A DNA stretch of 64,000 nucleotides. Origin: Promethearchaeota archaeon. Its GTDB lineage: Archaea; Asgardarchaeota; Hermodarchaeia; Hermodarchaeales; Hermodarchaeaceae. Shown piece by piece: positions 47,852 to 58,087 of this stretch; position 1 is the first letter of the stretch, and each line of letters opens with the position of its first letter. Under the pieces are notes generated by a model that saw nothing but the letters and a program-made list of their open reading frames with translations, did not search any database and was not told the DNA's origin. Position numbers and translations under genes: made by a program. The stretch lies in NCBI GenBank assembly GCA_048938385.1, contig JBHLMG010000002.1, positions 1 to 64,000 of the forward strand, given 5' to 3'.

Positions 47852-50800
47852 TTATGCTATTTTTTTCCAAGAACTCGATTTCCGCTGTAAATGGATTATC
47901 AGTACAACTAAGACCACTATGAAAGCACTGGTGAAGACGAGTCCTGTTATGAGCATGAGTAGTTCCCAGGGCAGTGGTGGGCCCCCTATTCTCAGTAATA
48001 TCGTGAAGACGCTAGAGGATGTGCGTGAAACCGTATACATTCCATCCGAAGCGTTTACTCGCACCAAACACATGTCAGTAGGCGTTATTCCCAAAATCCC
48101 GTCTTGCCCTTCATAGAGAAGGCTAGTTTGCGTAGTGTTTGGTTCAATGACCTTCCACGAGAACCCTGCGTCATTACTCAGTTCCACAGAAAAGTGCAAA
48201 CTTTCGTCCCCGTAGTCCACATTCTCATCTGTTACCGTCCAGTTGATGCGGAAAGGTTCCGGGCCAAGAATTTCACCTCCATCCGGTTCCAAAACGGTAA
48301 ATACGGGGGGAAAGAAGTTCTTGATAGTGACATTGCGGATATGTCGATCGTTGGTAAAGCCAATAGTTTGTCCAAAATCCAGTGAAGTACCGGTAAGGAA
48401 GGTGGTGCGGACATCACAGACTTGATTGAGGTCAATCGATGCGGTATCAAAGGTAGTGGTCTGTCCTTCACTAATATGGTCGAATGGTCTCCATGCATAG
48501 ATCTCAGAGTACCATCCCATCGGCACAACTCCTGAGTAGTAGTCGATTCCAATCGTGTAGTTACCTGTAACGGGTGCTACGAAACTTCCAACTTCAGGGT
48601 TGCCATGGGACCAATGGCTGACCAAACTATTAGCCCAGGTCTGATCTACTCCCGGTTGCCAAACGAAGATGTCACAATCATCCCAGACGCCATGGATTAG
48701 AGTGCTCCCTTCTCCATCAGACCAAGTGCCAAATTCAACGCTAAGTTGGACGACATCTCCTTCTTGGAGAAACGCATAGTCGTAAGCTTCACGGGGATTA
48801 TGATCTGGATGCCACCCAGCAAGTACTGGTTCCTGAATGGTGCCATAATGGGTTTGACGATAGATACGCAGGATTTCTAGTTCGGTTTGGCGGATGTAAA
48901 TGGTGGGAAACTCTGGTAGGAGCAGAGAATCCCAAGTTGCCGAGAGAGTGACATGCGGGTGTTCCCATACGCTATCGTCGAAAAGCGATGCATTGGCAGC
49001 ACTGCTTACATTTAGCTGTGCGGTTGGAAGGGTCCATTGGATAGGATACAAGGGGTGGTTCTCCACACCGTAAGCCACGGTAATCCAGAACTCTTCAGGA
49101 CCACCACTCGTCCCTCCAGTTCGGGAGGTGTGGACGGCGATACCGATGAGCCCCCGATTGAGGTAGGAGCCCCAGGTAATTCCCCGGATATCGTGGCTAG
49201 CATCGAAGAGCAGGACATTCTGACATTCCCAGGTGGATTCGCTGGCGTATCCATACTCGTCCCACCGCGAATCCGATTCCATGAGGTGATACCCATAGGA
49301 ACTGTAGTACAGTAAGACATCAAGACAGGTGTTTGGATCGCGCCAGGTCACATTGACAAATACATAACTGACATCGGTCACTGTGGGGTAGGCGTCAACG
49401 AAGTAGAAGCGCCAATCACCTGAGCGTTTTGATCCTATATATGGTACATTACTGAAAGCAGCTCCATTATCATAGGGTGTGCCTTGGCTACCACCCCAAG
49501 TATGGTAGATGCCAGGAGCGGTCATGTTCAAATCCACGCGAATGCTCAGAGGAAGGTGAGTTCTTCCTGTGCCATTCACGGCTTCTATGAAGCCCTCATG
49601 CATTCCTGGAGTAGCGTCGGAGGGGGCTGTGATGGTAACATTCCACAGAAATGGAAAGTCAGGAGATTCCAAGCTGGTGTATTGATGTAGTGACACCCAT
49701 GACCATGACACTCGGTCATAGAGGCGAATGGTCACATTGACTATCAAAGGGTATCCTAGGTGTGTGACAGATCCAATATCATAGTAGTAGAGGGCTGGAG
49801 TGTGAGTGAAATGTTGAGCTGGGAATCCTAGGTTGAGTTGATGGCAATTACTCCAAACTATATCCGCAACCACACAGCTTCCTTCGAGGGGATTAGCTGG
49901 ATCAATTTGGTTGTTACCGTTTTGGTCTTGCCAATCGAAGAGAAACACACTATTGCCTTCACCTGCTGCTTCAAGTAACACATTGTGTTCTATAGACGAA
50001 TAAGAGCAGTGAACAACGGCATAATCAACAGAAAGGAACTGCGCGATGAAGGTCGGGCTAAATTCCGAAGTCAGATTTAGGGTAGTAAAGGGTTCAAAGG
50101 TAGAAAAGCTTGTGCTGGCTTGACTACTAAATTGATAGGTATAGGCGTTTAGAGCTTCGACACTCGTTGCATGAGAACCTCCAGTTTTCGCGGTGAGATT
50201 AAACCATACCGAATCCCCTTGATAGATGGGGTGGGGGAAGGCTTTCCCATCGCTCATCCTACTACTTCCGCTCGGATTGTATATCGTATAATCCATGGGA
50301 TTAACACCATAGTCGTAGCCGTAGTACAGGTTCGTGTACCAGGCCCGCCAAGGGGTCTGGCGGTCACCGAAGTAGAGTTGATCCCAAGTTATGGTCGTTG
50401 ACACCTGGATGAGGGAGTCTAAACCATCGGTAGTGTTGCCAAAAGCCAGGTGAACACTGCGATACGCGTTAACGCGACCTGCACCCTGTCGATAGATGTC
50501 GTAACCGAGGTCATCTGCTCCGTTCATAATCAGGGTCTTGAGGGTATCAGCTTTCAGACTTGCATTGACCTGTTTTACGAGGGCACAAATTCCTGCTACG
50601 ACACTGGTGCCTGATTCTATAGGATACCAATTTGGCGTGTCGTCAAAGTGATGAACTGGCACCTCAAGGCCTACCGGGGCTGGAGCAACGATGTCAGGTC
50701 CGATGTCTCCCATTGGCGTCGGACCACTACTTCCCAGGCTTAATATTCCCATGATTCCGTGAATTGTTGTCCCAGTGGCATGTGGTATCATAAATTGTCC

Positions 50801-52525
50801 GTTACTGAGTCCAACAGTAAGTGCATTAGTTGCATAAGGTGCAGCTCCGGTTCCGTATCCTGGCCCTGCAAATCCGGCTTTGTTGACAAAAAGGGTGTCC
50901 GAGTCAACGGAAAGGTAGTCCGTGAGCATGCTGTACCAATCGTACCCCCATGCCATATCAAAAGGAGCAAAACTCCAAGTGTTCCAATTCCAGTCGTTGG
51001 TAAGAATATCACAGGCAGGTCCTGAATCGTTTTGCCAGTAACTAAACCGGTCATAGGGTCGATCAACTCCCCAGAGTGGTCGGTACCCACAACCCCAGAA
51101 CCATGTGTTTATAAAATCAGAGATCGTGAAACGCTTCAACGCCATGATTTTCGCACAGGAAGCGATACCAGGGCAGGTGAAGAGGCTACCATTGTTGTAG
51201 ACATCTCGGGGTTCTAATCCCTGACTTGCAATGCCATAGGCTACGGTTGTACCATGCCCATAGTTGTCAAACATGAAGGCAAAACCACGACCTTGGGGAT
51301 CGATACCGGAAATGAGGTCACCGGTAATTTGATTCTTAAGATCAAAGGTGTTGCTCAAACTTCCCATGCTGTAGTCGTTAAATCCATCACCATCTAGATC
51401 CTCTGCTAAAACTGGATTAGAGTCAAAACGGTGGGGAAGATTGTTTGTAAAGTCCCAATCGGTTGTAATGGATGTGGTGAGGTTATTGTACTGGGCCGTG
51501 ATGGCCCAGGAGGTTTCAAAATCGATATACACAGTATCGTAGATAGAGGCCGTGTTCTCATCTACGAGCGTGTACAGGAAAAAGGCTCGTCCCTTGGGGA
51601 GCCAGTACGCAGTTTGCACTGACATGCCTATACGATAGAAACCACTGAGACTCTGTAATCCTCCAAATCCACCGACATAGCAATTTTCAGTATAGATTCC
51701 ATAAGTGCTGTTCGAATACTGGATCTGTCCGTAATCAGTGTACATGTAAAAGTCCAACCCCTCAGTAAGTAAATACCCGCCCACCGAGGGGAGCATAAAA
51801 CTTGTAAGGGCGATTCCTGATCCTCCTGGGTCATAGCTTAAAGGGCGTCCCATCTCATCAACAGCAACTGCATCCACGAGATCTGTGCAACCAAAATCTA
51901 CACCACTATCTACAACGCCAACTATAACGCCTGAGCCGTTAATGTTTGGGAATTCCGTCCATATTCGTTCAACTCCAGCAAGTGTTAACGGAGAGGGGAA
52001 CGAGGAACTTGGCACTGGGGTCAACAATGAGCTAGTTGTGTCCGCTTCGAAGGTTATGTGTTCATCACCAAGAACAAGAATTACATCGGGGTTCATGACA
52101 AGAGTTGCCAGGGCTTTGGGATCGGTGAGGCTACCATATACAATGTAACCTAGCATGAGGGGCTGTACATGAAGGATTTTCAGATTACTTTCTAAAGCTG
52201 CCCAGTTCGGCTCGTTGCGAATATTCACGATGACTGCAATCTCTCCTTTGATATAACGAAGAGCGTTGGAGGCTTCTCCCGTCATCGCCCACTCTTTGAG
52301 ACTTGGGCTACACTTCTCCCATGGGTCAAATGATGGCGGAGACGGTGAATCTGTCCCAGAAGTAAGTGGCGTATCGAGTGTTGTCTTCAAAGGCGTAGTT
52401 TTTCCAAAGAGCCCACTGTTTTTGGGTGACAATTCTACAGAGATGGCGGGGCTGAGCAAAAACAGTGACAAAAGAATGGTAAGGGCTAAGCCTGCTCTTA
52501 ACAGATGGCGGGCTTGATATTGCAT
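47852..52525 (-). CDS. Large secreted, membrane-anchored S8 subtilisin-like protein (atypical active site)
   Basis: Signal peptide, VVDSGVD, GHGTTVA, SGTS, QGAGRVNA, beta-rich C-terminal domains and a C-terminal TM helix. Confidence 0.85.
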   Translation of the reverse strand: MQYQARHLLRAGLALTILLSLFLLSPAISVELSPKNSGLFGKTTPLKTTLDTPLTSGTDSPSPPSFDPWEKCSPSLKEWAMTGEASNALRYIKGEIAVIVNIRNEPNWAALESNLKILHVQPLMLGYIVYGSLTDPKALATLVMNPDVILVLGDEHITFEADTTSSLLTPVPSSSFPSPLTLAGVERIWTEFPNINGSGVIVGVVDSGVDFGCTDLVDAVAVDEMGRPLSYDPGGSGIALTSFMLPSVGGYLLTEGLDFYMYTDYGQIQYSNSTYGIYTENCYVGGFGGLQSLSGFYRIGMSVQTAYWLPKGRAFFLYTLVDENTASIYDTVYIDFETSWAITAQYNNLTTSITTDWDFTNNLPHRFDSNPVLAEDLDGDGFNDYSMGSLSNTFDLKNQITGDLISGIDPQGRGFAFMFDNYGHGTTVAYGIASQGLEPRDVYNNGSLFTCPGIASCAKIMALKRFTISDFINTWFWGCGYRPLWGVDRPYDRFSYWQNDSGPACDILTNDWNWNTWSFAPFDMAWGYDWYSMLTDYLSVDSDTLFVNKAGFAGPGYGTGAAPYATNALTVGLSNGQFMIPHATGTTIHGIMGILSLGSSGPTPMGDIGPDIVAPAPVGLEVPVHHFDDTPNWYPIESGTSVVAGICALVKQVNASLKADTLKTLIMNGADDLGYDIYRQGAGRVNAYRSVHLAFGNTTDGLDSLIQVSTTITWDQLYFGDRQTPWRAWYTNLYYGYDYGVNPMDYTIYNPSGSSRMSDGKAFPHPIYQGDSVWFNLTAKTGGSHATSVEALNAYTYQFSSQASTSFSTFEPFTTLNLTSEFSPTFIAQFLSVDYAVVHCSYSSIEHNVLLEAAGEGNSVFLFDWQDQNGNNQIDPANPLEGSCVVADIVWSNCHQLNLGFPAQHFTHTPALYYYDIGSVTHLGYPLIVNVTIRLYDRVSWSWVSLHQYTSLESPDFPFLWNVTITAPSDATPGMHEGFIEAVNGTGRTHLPLSIRVDLNMTAPGIYHTWGGSQGTPYDNGAAFSNVPYIGSKRSGDWRFYFVDAYPTVTDVSYVFVNVTWRDPNTCLDVLLYYSSYGYHLMESDSRWDEYGYASESTWECQNVLLFDASHDIRGITWGSYLNRGLIGIAVHTSRTGGTSGGPEEFWITVAYGVENHPLYPIQWTLPTAQLNVSSAANASLFDDSVWEHPHVTLSATWDSLLLPEFPTIYIRQTELEILRIYRQTHYGTIQEPVLAGWHPDHNPREAYDYAFLQEGDVVQLSVEFGTWSDGEGSTLIHGVWDDCDIFVWQPGVDQTWANSLVSHWSHGNPEVGSFVAPVTGNYTIGIDYYSGVVPMGWYSEIYAWRPFDHISEGQTTTFDTASIDLNQVCDVRTTFLTGTSLDFGQTIGFTNDRHIRNVTIKNFFPPVFTVLEPDGGEILGPEPFRINWTVTDENVDYGDESLHFSVELSNDAGFSWKVIEPNTTQTSLLYEGQDGILGITPTDMCLVRVNASDGMYTVSRTSSSVFTILLRIGGPPLPWELLMLITGLVFTSAFIVVLVVLIIHLQRKSSSWKKIA

Positions 52526-52690
52526 AATGTTCCCTCTGTTACCAGTCCTTAATGGAGGCTTGTATTCACTCCTTTTTTACGCAATAGAGCCCTTCATCTT
52601 TATATGCTCTGAAGGGACCAATTACACTTCGACTTTAAATAGTAACTATAAAACTAACAAGCTGAGGGCGGGTAAGCCGCTACTAACAAG

Positions 52691-53605
52691 CTAGATCGTG
52701 CTTTTTCGAGGGAAATTGATCACCAGGATTCCAGTCACGACTAGCGCTAATCCGATTACGAAGGTGGGGTAAAGAGGTTCACTGAGCAGGAGAATAGAGA
52801 AGAGGGTTCCAAAAACCGGAACCAAACTGATGAAAATAGCGGCATGACTTGCACCAAGGTTCTTCAACCCGAGGAAATAGAAGAGAAAACCCAACACCGT
52901 GACAAAGATACCCATGTAAAGCACATTGACCCAAAAGCTAGGATCCACCATTGCGGGGAGAGTCCAGAACTGCTCGACCATAGCGCCAAGGAAAAAGAGG
53001 AAGGTGCCGATGAAGATTCCTCCAGCCGTGGTTTCGAGGGATGAGCGGTTTTGCATTATGATCTTCCCAAGAATAGAATAAGTTCCCCAGGTGAGCATAG
53101 CACAGAGGAGGATGAAATTACCAATGAGGTATTCTAGGCGAAATTCGAATAGGGTTTGTACGCCCACAACAAATACGATGCCTAAGAAGCTGAACAGATA
53201 ACCAACATATTGCCATCTTGAAGTAAGGCGTTCTTTAAGGAAGACGAAAGCAAGGAGGCTCACGAGGGTAGGGTTAATCCCTGCAATAATAGACCCCTGG
53301 GTTGATGTAGTGAACTGCATACCAATTAGAAAAAGGATGCCATAACCAAACACGCCAATGCTTCCAAGAAGACACCAGTTACCAATATCCCTTCGTGACA
53401 GGGTTTTCAACCTGTTCCATTGCATTGTTACTAACAGTGGGAGAAAGAACACACTGGCCGTTAAAAACCTGAAGAACCCAACGGTGGCGGGTGGGGCAAG
53501 AGCCACAACGATCTTGGCGGACACCCAGCTTCCTCCCCAAAAAATCATCCCTAACACCAGCAAGATGAAGTATTTTAGGGATCCACGATTCATACCAGCT
53601 GCCAC
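52691..53605 (-). CDS. EamA/DMT family transporter
   Basis: FWGGSW..K, FLKER, LSEP; 10 TM helices. Confidence 0.92.
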   Translation of the reverse strand: MAAGMNRGSLKYFILLVLGMIFWGGSWVSAKIVVALAPPATVGFFRFLTASVFFLPLLVTMQWNRLKTLSRRDIGNWCLLGSIGVFGYGILFLIGMQFTTSTQGSIIAGINPTLVSLLAFVFLKERLTSRWQYVGYLFSFLGIVFVVGVQTLFEFRLEYLIGNFILLCAMLTWGTYSILGKIIMQNRSSLETTAGGIFIGTFLFFLGAMVEQFWTLPAMVDPSFWVNVLYMGIFVTVLGFLFYFLGLKNLGASHAAIFISLVPVFGTLFSILLLSEPLYPTFVIGLALVVTGILVINFPRKSTI

Positions 53606-53669
53606 CGTTAAAACGCTGTTGATGACGATAGGGAGTAAAAATGCATGGATTCAGCCAAATATCCCTTTC

Positions 53670-54428
53670 CTATACTGGATAGGATTCTTCATCAAAGAGA
53701 GTAGTTTGTTTAGCGTCGCGGATGCGATGCGTGTGGGTAGTAACCGTACTTCGCTGTTGCTTGGGTCGGCTGGGGTGTTTTTCAAGAGTAAAGGTTTCCA
53801 CGGTATCGAGGCGTGTATGCCGGATGAGCACATGGAAGCGGTGGTAGGCGGTTTGCCCGATGCGTAACGGGGGCTGCGAGGCGCGTTTTGGCGTATCGGC
53901 GCTAGCTACCACAGCCACTTGCTGAATGAATGCCAGCTGCTTCAGGTAAGTGGCCAACTGAGCGCGACGGTAGACACGGGAATCTGGAGGTGTACCCGCT
54001 GCTGACGGTGGTCCGCCTTCCTCTTCTTGGAGTAGGTGCATAAAACCGTGGACAAACAGGATGGGGGCGTTGAGAGAGTGGATGGTGTCTAGTGCGTCAT
54101 CGAGGAGCGAGAGGAGTTGATCTGTGGTGAAGGCTCGTGCAACATGGAGTTGGTGCAGATACGCCGCGGGTGGAGCAGAGAGGGGGGTTGCGCGGAGATG
54201 GTTAAGGATGACATCAGGTCGAATGCCATTGTTGGCATCAATTACGGCTACGCCATGGGTCTGAGCCACCAGTCGAAGGGCGCAGGCAATGGATTGTTGG
54301 AGCAGTCGGGTGCACACGGGACTCCCATAAAGTAGGTAGCTAAGTCCAAGTTCGAAGCCTCCCCCCAGAAGTTCGTCTAGGAGATGAATGCCGGTGGGTA
54401 GCTTCATTTGCTGGTGTTGTTGGGCCAT
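53670..54428 (-). CDS. Inactivated RadA/Rad51 paralog with a C-terminal PIP-like motif
   Basis: LPTGIHLLDELLGGGFELG..LLYG, VIDANN, HVARAFTTDQ. Walker A is GSPVCT and Walker B is FVHG. The tail is KQTTLFD. ATG at 54428 is the likely start. Confidence 0.85.
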   Translation of the reverse strand: MAQQHQQMKLPTGIHLLDELLGGGFELGLSYLLYGSPVCTRLLQQSIACALRLVAQTHGVAVIDANNGIRPDVILNHLRATPLSAPPAAYLHQLHVARAFTTDQLLSLLDDALDTIHSLNAPILFVHGFMHLLQEEEGGPPSAAGTPPDSRVYRRAQLATYLKQLAFIQQVAVVASADTPKRASQPPLRIGQTAYHRFHVLIRHTRLDTVETFTLEKHPSRPKQQRSTVTTHTHRIRDAKQTTLFDEESYPV

Positions 54429-54521
54429 TGAAAACGCGGTCTGGAACATTCTACGCGTCACCCAGTACACTGCTTTCGTGAACAAAAACCCTCAAATAGT
54501 CCACAATCAACAGTCTTGTAG

Positions 54522-55289
54522 GTGTGGTTGGTTCGGTTGGCGTATCATGGGAGTGCACAGTTCTATGATCTCTTTGCGCACGGTAAGGAGGAGGAACAGG
54601 CTTTTTATCGGCTACTCGCTAAAGAAGCAGGATCCCCCGCATTAGAGCTAGGTGTTGGCACAGGAATCTTCGCATTTGCCCTTGCAGAAGATGGTATCAC
54701 GGTTGTGGGGCTTGAGCAGTCTCGAGAGATGCTGCAAGAGGCTCGGAAAAAGCTTCAAAGAGCGCCTCCTGAAATTGCTCGACGACTTCTCTTCATCGCT
54801 GGCGACATGAGTGCGTTTCAGCTAGATCAGCAATTCCGTATCGTCTATATTCCTTCTGGCAGTTTTCAGTACCTGACTACACGCGAGCAACAACTAGGTT
54901 GTTTACGGAGCGTGAAGGCCCATCTCCATAAGGATGGGTCCTTTGTCTTTGATGTTTATGTGGGTGAATCTGATCATACTGGAATTTGGCGTCGACTTGA
55001 GACGATTTCGTTGCCTGAGGGTGGGGCTGTGACGCGTTCCATTTCGACACGACTTGAAGAGACGGACAACCTCATCGATACAGTCATTCGGTTTGATGTT
55101 CACGATGAAGCTGGACGAATCACTGAAACCTTCTATGATTGGTCGCAACTAGCGGTATTAACTGTGGAAGAGGTGAAGTTCCTGCTAGCAGAGATGCACT
55201 TCCAAGTCGAGACTATCTATTCAACTTTTACTCGGAAACCTTGGGCGCCTGGATCAAAATACGCCATTTTTGTTACAGAACCGATTTAA
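54522..55289 (+). CDS. Class I SAM-dependent methyltransferase
   Basis: AQFYD, LELGVGTG, GDM, HLHKDGSFVFD. Confidence 0.92.
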   Translation: MWLVRLAYHGSAQFYDLFAHGKEEEQAFYRLLAKEAGSPALELGVGTGIFAFALAEDGITVVGLEQSREMLQEARKKLQRAPPEIARRLLFIAGDMSAFQLDQQFRIVYIPSGSFQYLTTREQQLGCLRSVKAHLHKDGSFVFDVYVGESDHTGIWRRLETISLPEGGAVTRSISTRLEETDNLIDTVIRFDVHDEAGRITETFYDWSQLAVLTVEEVKFLLAEMHFQVETIYSTFTRKPWAPGSKYAIFVTEPI

Positions 55290-55424
55290 CTACTGAATTC
55301 AATCTTTTTTGTCATTATTACATCGGATAGTTGGTTGGTACTGTTTGCTTTTATGACTAGAGGCGATATAGTGAGGTTTGGTGAGCTACTTCCGCCTCTG
55401 TCCTAGTATTGGTAGGTGTAGCAA

Positions 55425-56888
55425 ATGTCTCGCTCGTCAATTGCGTTCAATGTGAATCGGATAAAACGGCAACTTGAAGTTTGGTTAGGAGAAGAGAATG
55501 TCTCTACGGCAGAAGTGGATAAAATCTGCTACTCACGAGATGCTTGGCCTCTTCGATTGATACGGCTTGGACGGTTAGTAATCGAGTCAGAGCCTGATTT
55601 GATTGTTTGGCCTCAAACCGTTGACCAGATACAACGAATAATCCAGTTAGCCAATCAAGAACGCATCCCCCTAATCCCTGTCTCTGGAGCTGGCGGCGTT
55701 ACTGGTGGGACTCTCCCCGTATCAGGAGGAATTGTCGTTGATTTAAAGAAAATGAATCGCGTGCTAGGGCTCGATGAAGATTCCCTAATGGTTACCGTAG
55801 AGCCCGGTATCTTAGGACAGGAACTTGAGGAATACTTGGAGGCTCGAGGTTACACCACAGGGCATTTTCCATCATCAATTTTCAGTTCTGCCTTGGGTGG
55901 ATTTGCTGCTGCTCGCTCAGCGGGGGTTCTTTCTTCTAAGTATGGTAAAATTGAGGACATGATTACTGGTCTTGAGGTTGTGCTACCAAATGGAGAAATA
56001 CTCCGAACCAAGGCCGTGCCTCGTTCATCTATGGGACCTGACCTGAAACAACTATTCATTGGCTCAGAAGGTGTTTACGGTATAATCACCGAAATCACGC
56101 TTCGTGTTGCCCCGATCCCACAGGCAAGACGCTTTGCCTCCTATCTTTTTCCTGATTTAACTTCCGGAATGAATGCAGTGAAACAAATCTTCCGTCATGA
56201 TTTACAACCAGCTCTCATTCGGTTGTACGATGAAAATGAAACTCGGTTTGTATTAAGCCGCTTCAAATCGCCACCTCAGAGTGCTTGCGTCCTTAACCTC
56301 ATGTACAGTGCTACAAAAGATCTGGTTCGGTTAGAACACCGGACTGTTAAGCGAATCTGTGTTGAAGCAGAAAGCGAAGATCTTGGTCCAGGCCCCTCTA
56401 AACACTGGTGGGACAACCGGTTCGATCTCTACTACCCCTCTAACCTCAACATGGGCGCTGGTATGCTCTATGATGTACTTGATGTCGCTGCTAGCTATGC
56501 CAACCTCGAAAAGATGTATTGGGCGATGCGTGAATCCATCGAGGCAACCGGTGTGAGCACCATGAGCCACTTCTCTCATTTCTACCCTGACGGTGGAAAC
56601 ATCTATGTCATCTTCATCGGCCAGGCTGGAACTCCAGAAGAAGTTGAAGCTAAATACAATGAAGTTTGGCAAGTCGGATTAGATGCTGCTCATCAGGCAG
56701 GAGGCACCCTGAGCCACCAACATGGCGTTGGGCTCTTGAAAGCTCCTTGGATGCCTACTGAACATGGAACCACTGGCTTAGCCCTTCTCCAAGCCATTAA
56801 AAATTATCTCGACCCCAACGATATTATGAATCCTGGCAAATTGGGGCTTGGATGTGAATCAAAGAATCGGGACAAGGAGGCACAGTAA
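55425..56888 (+). CDS. FAD-linked oxidase/transferase type 4, alkyl-DHAP-synthase-like
   Basis: GHFPSS, KYGKIEDM, GPDL..LFIGSEG, LIRLYD, SHFSHFYPDG, SHQHGVG, MNPGK. Confidence 0.85.
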   Translation: MSRSSIAFNVNRIKRQLEVWLGEENVSTAEVDKICYSRDAWPLRLIRLGRLVIESEPDLIVWPQTVDQIQRIIQLANQERIPLIPVSGAGGVTGGTLPVSGGIVVDLKKMNRVLGLDEDSLMVTVEPGILGQELEEYLEARGYTTGHFPSSIFSSALGGFAAARSAGVLSSKYGKIEDMITGLEVVLPNGEILRTKAVPRSSMGPDLKQLFIGSEGVYGIITEITLRVAPIPQARRFASYLFPDLTSGMNAVKQIFRHDLQPALIRLYDENETRFVLSRFKSPPQSACVLNLMYSATKDLVRLEHRTVKRICVEAESEDLGPGPSKHWWDNRFDLYYPSNLNMGAGMLYDVLDVAASYANLEKMYWAMRESIEATGVSTMSHFSHFYPDGGNIYVIFIGQAGTPEEVEAKYNEVWQVGLDAAHQAGGTLSHQHGVGLLKAPWMPTEHGTTGLALLQAIKNYLDPNDIMNPGKLGLGCESKNRDKEAQ

Positions 56889-56890
56889 CA

Positions 56891-58087
56891 TTGCCCTCAT
56901 CGGGATCTCCCTCCCTATCATCATCGCTCAATGATTATGCTAAAATTAGCCGGCTCTGCAGCCTATGTAATCGCATGTGCCGCCATTCTTGCCCCACACA
57001 TCTAATAACTCGTTCAGATGCCTGTAGCCCAATAGGTCGAGCACTAATCATTGAGTTGTACCGTGGGAAAAAAAGCGCACTCACTGAAACTGCTGTGGAC
57101 CGGTTATACCAATGCAACCTCTGCGGTGCGTGCAAAGCCTGGTGTAAACCCCGACATGAACTTCCACACATCATCGAGCTAGCCCGAGAACGAGTAGTAA
57201 TGGAAAATCGAGTACCCACAGGAATTCTTACCTTTGACACTGAGGTGATTAGAGACAAGAATGTGTACGGTGATCCGTCCAATGAGCGCTTCTCTAAACT
57301 AAAATCCCTGCTAATACAGCCATCAGCTACTCGAGAAGTAGTCTACTTTATTGGTTGTACTACTGCGTATCGTCACCCGGAAATTGCCCTCGCAACAAAT
57401 GAAATCCTTGCCAAACTGAACATCCGCCCTAAGCTTCTCACAGGAGAACTGGGTGAGGTGTGTTGTGGATCACCACTCCTCAGGGCAGGATTTAGGGATA
57501 CAGCCAAAACCCTTGCTCAACAGAATATTGCTGCAATTGCACAAACAGGGATACGAACGGTCCTCACCACCTGTCCAGGTTGTGCTAGGGCTCTCCGCGT
57601 GGATTATCCACGTTTGGGCGTACCCTTACCAAAGAAGGTCAAAGTGTACCACATCACTGAGTTTCTAACGAAATTCCAGACACGACTAGGTCAGTTATTT
57701 CATAATCCATGGGCTAAAAAGAAGGGAAATCTATCACCTAAGATGAGTTATCATGATCCTTGCCATCTCGGGCGCGAATTAGGAGTCTACACACCTCCTC
57801 GTCGGCTCCTAAGTTTAATTCCTGGGAATGTTTTAACGGAATTTCCGCACAATCGGGATCTTGCTGACTGTTGTGGGGGTGGTGGAGTGCTACCTAAAAC
57901 CTTTCAGGCGCTTTCTAAAGCAATTACTCTAAGCCGGTTAAAGGTTGCTTCTGAGTTACAACTCGATTTGCTCGTGTCAGCGTGTCCGAACTGTAAGCTG
58001 CATTTCTCCGAAGTCTCGTCGCAAGATCCGGATTCAAAGTTACAGGTCTTAGATATCGTCGAAGTGCTGGCAAGTGCGTTACGGTAG
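56891..58087 (+). CDS. GlcF/GlpC-like Fe-S protein (2x 4Fe-4S plus CCG domains)
   Basis: CSLCNRMCRHSCP, CNLCGACKAWC, CCGSP, HDPCHLGR, CCGGGG; 2-nt gap to the upstream gene. Confidence 0.9.
   Translation: MPSSGSPSLSSSLNDYAKISRLCSLCNRMCRHSCPTHLITRSDACSPIGRALIIELYRGKKSALTETAVDRLYQCNLCGACKAWCKPRHELPHIIELARERVVMENRVPTGILTFDTEVIRDKNVYGDPSNERFSKLKSLLIQPSATREVVYFIGCTTAYRHPEIALATNEILAKLNIRPKLLTGELGEVCCGSPLLRAGFRDTAKTLAQQNIAAIAQTGIRTVLTTCPGCARALRVDYPRLGVPLPKKVKVYHITEFLTKFQTRLGQLFHNPWAKKKGNLSPKMSYHDPCHLGRELGVYTPPRRLLSLIPGNVLTEFPHNRDLADCCGGGGVLPKTFQALSKAITLSRLKVASELQLDLLVSACPNCKLHFSEVSSQDPDSKLQVLDIVEVLASALR

Noticed and set aside
52653-52692. 11-bp direct repeat ACTAACAAGCT flanking a small GCGG/CCGC hairpin
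   Set aside because: Only two copies with an 18-bp spacer and no transposase or cas genes. Too little for a CRISPR or insertion-footprint call.
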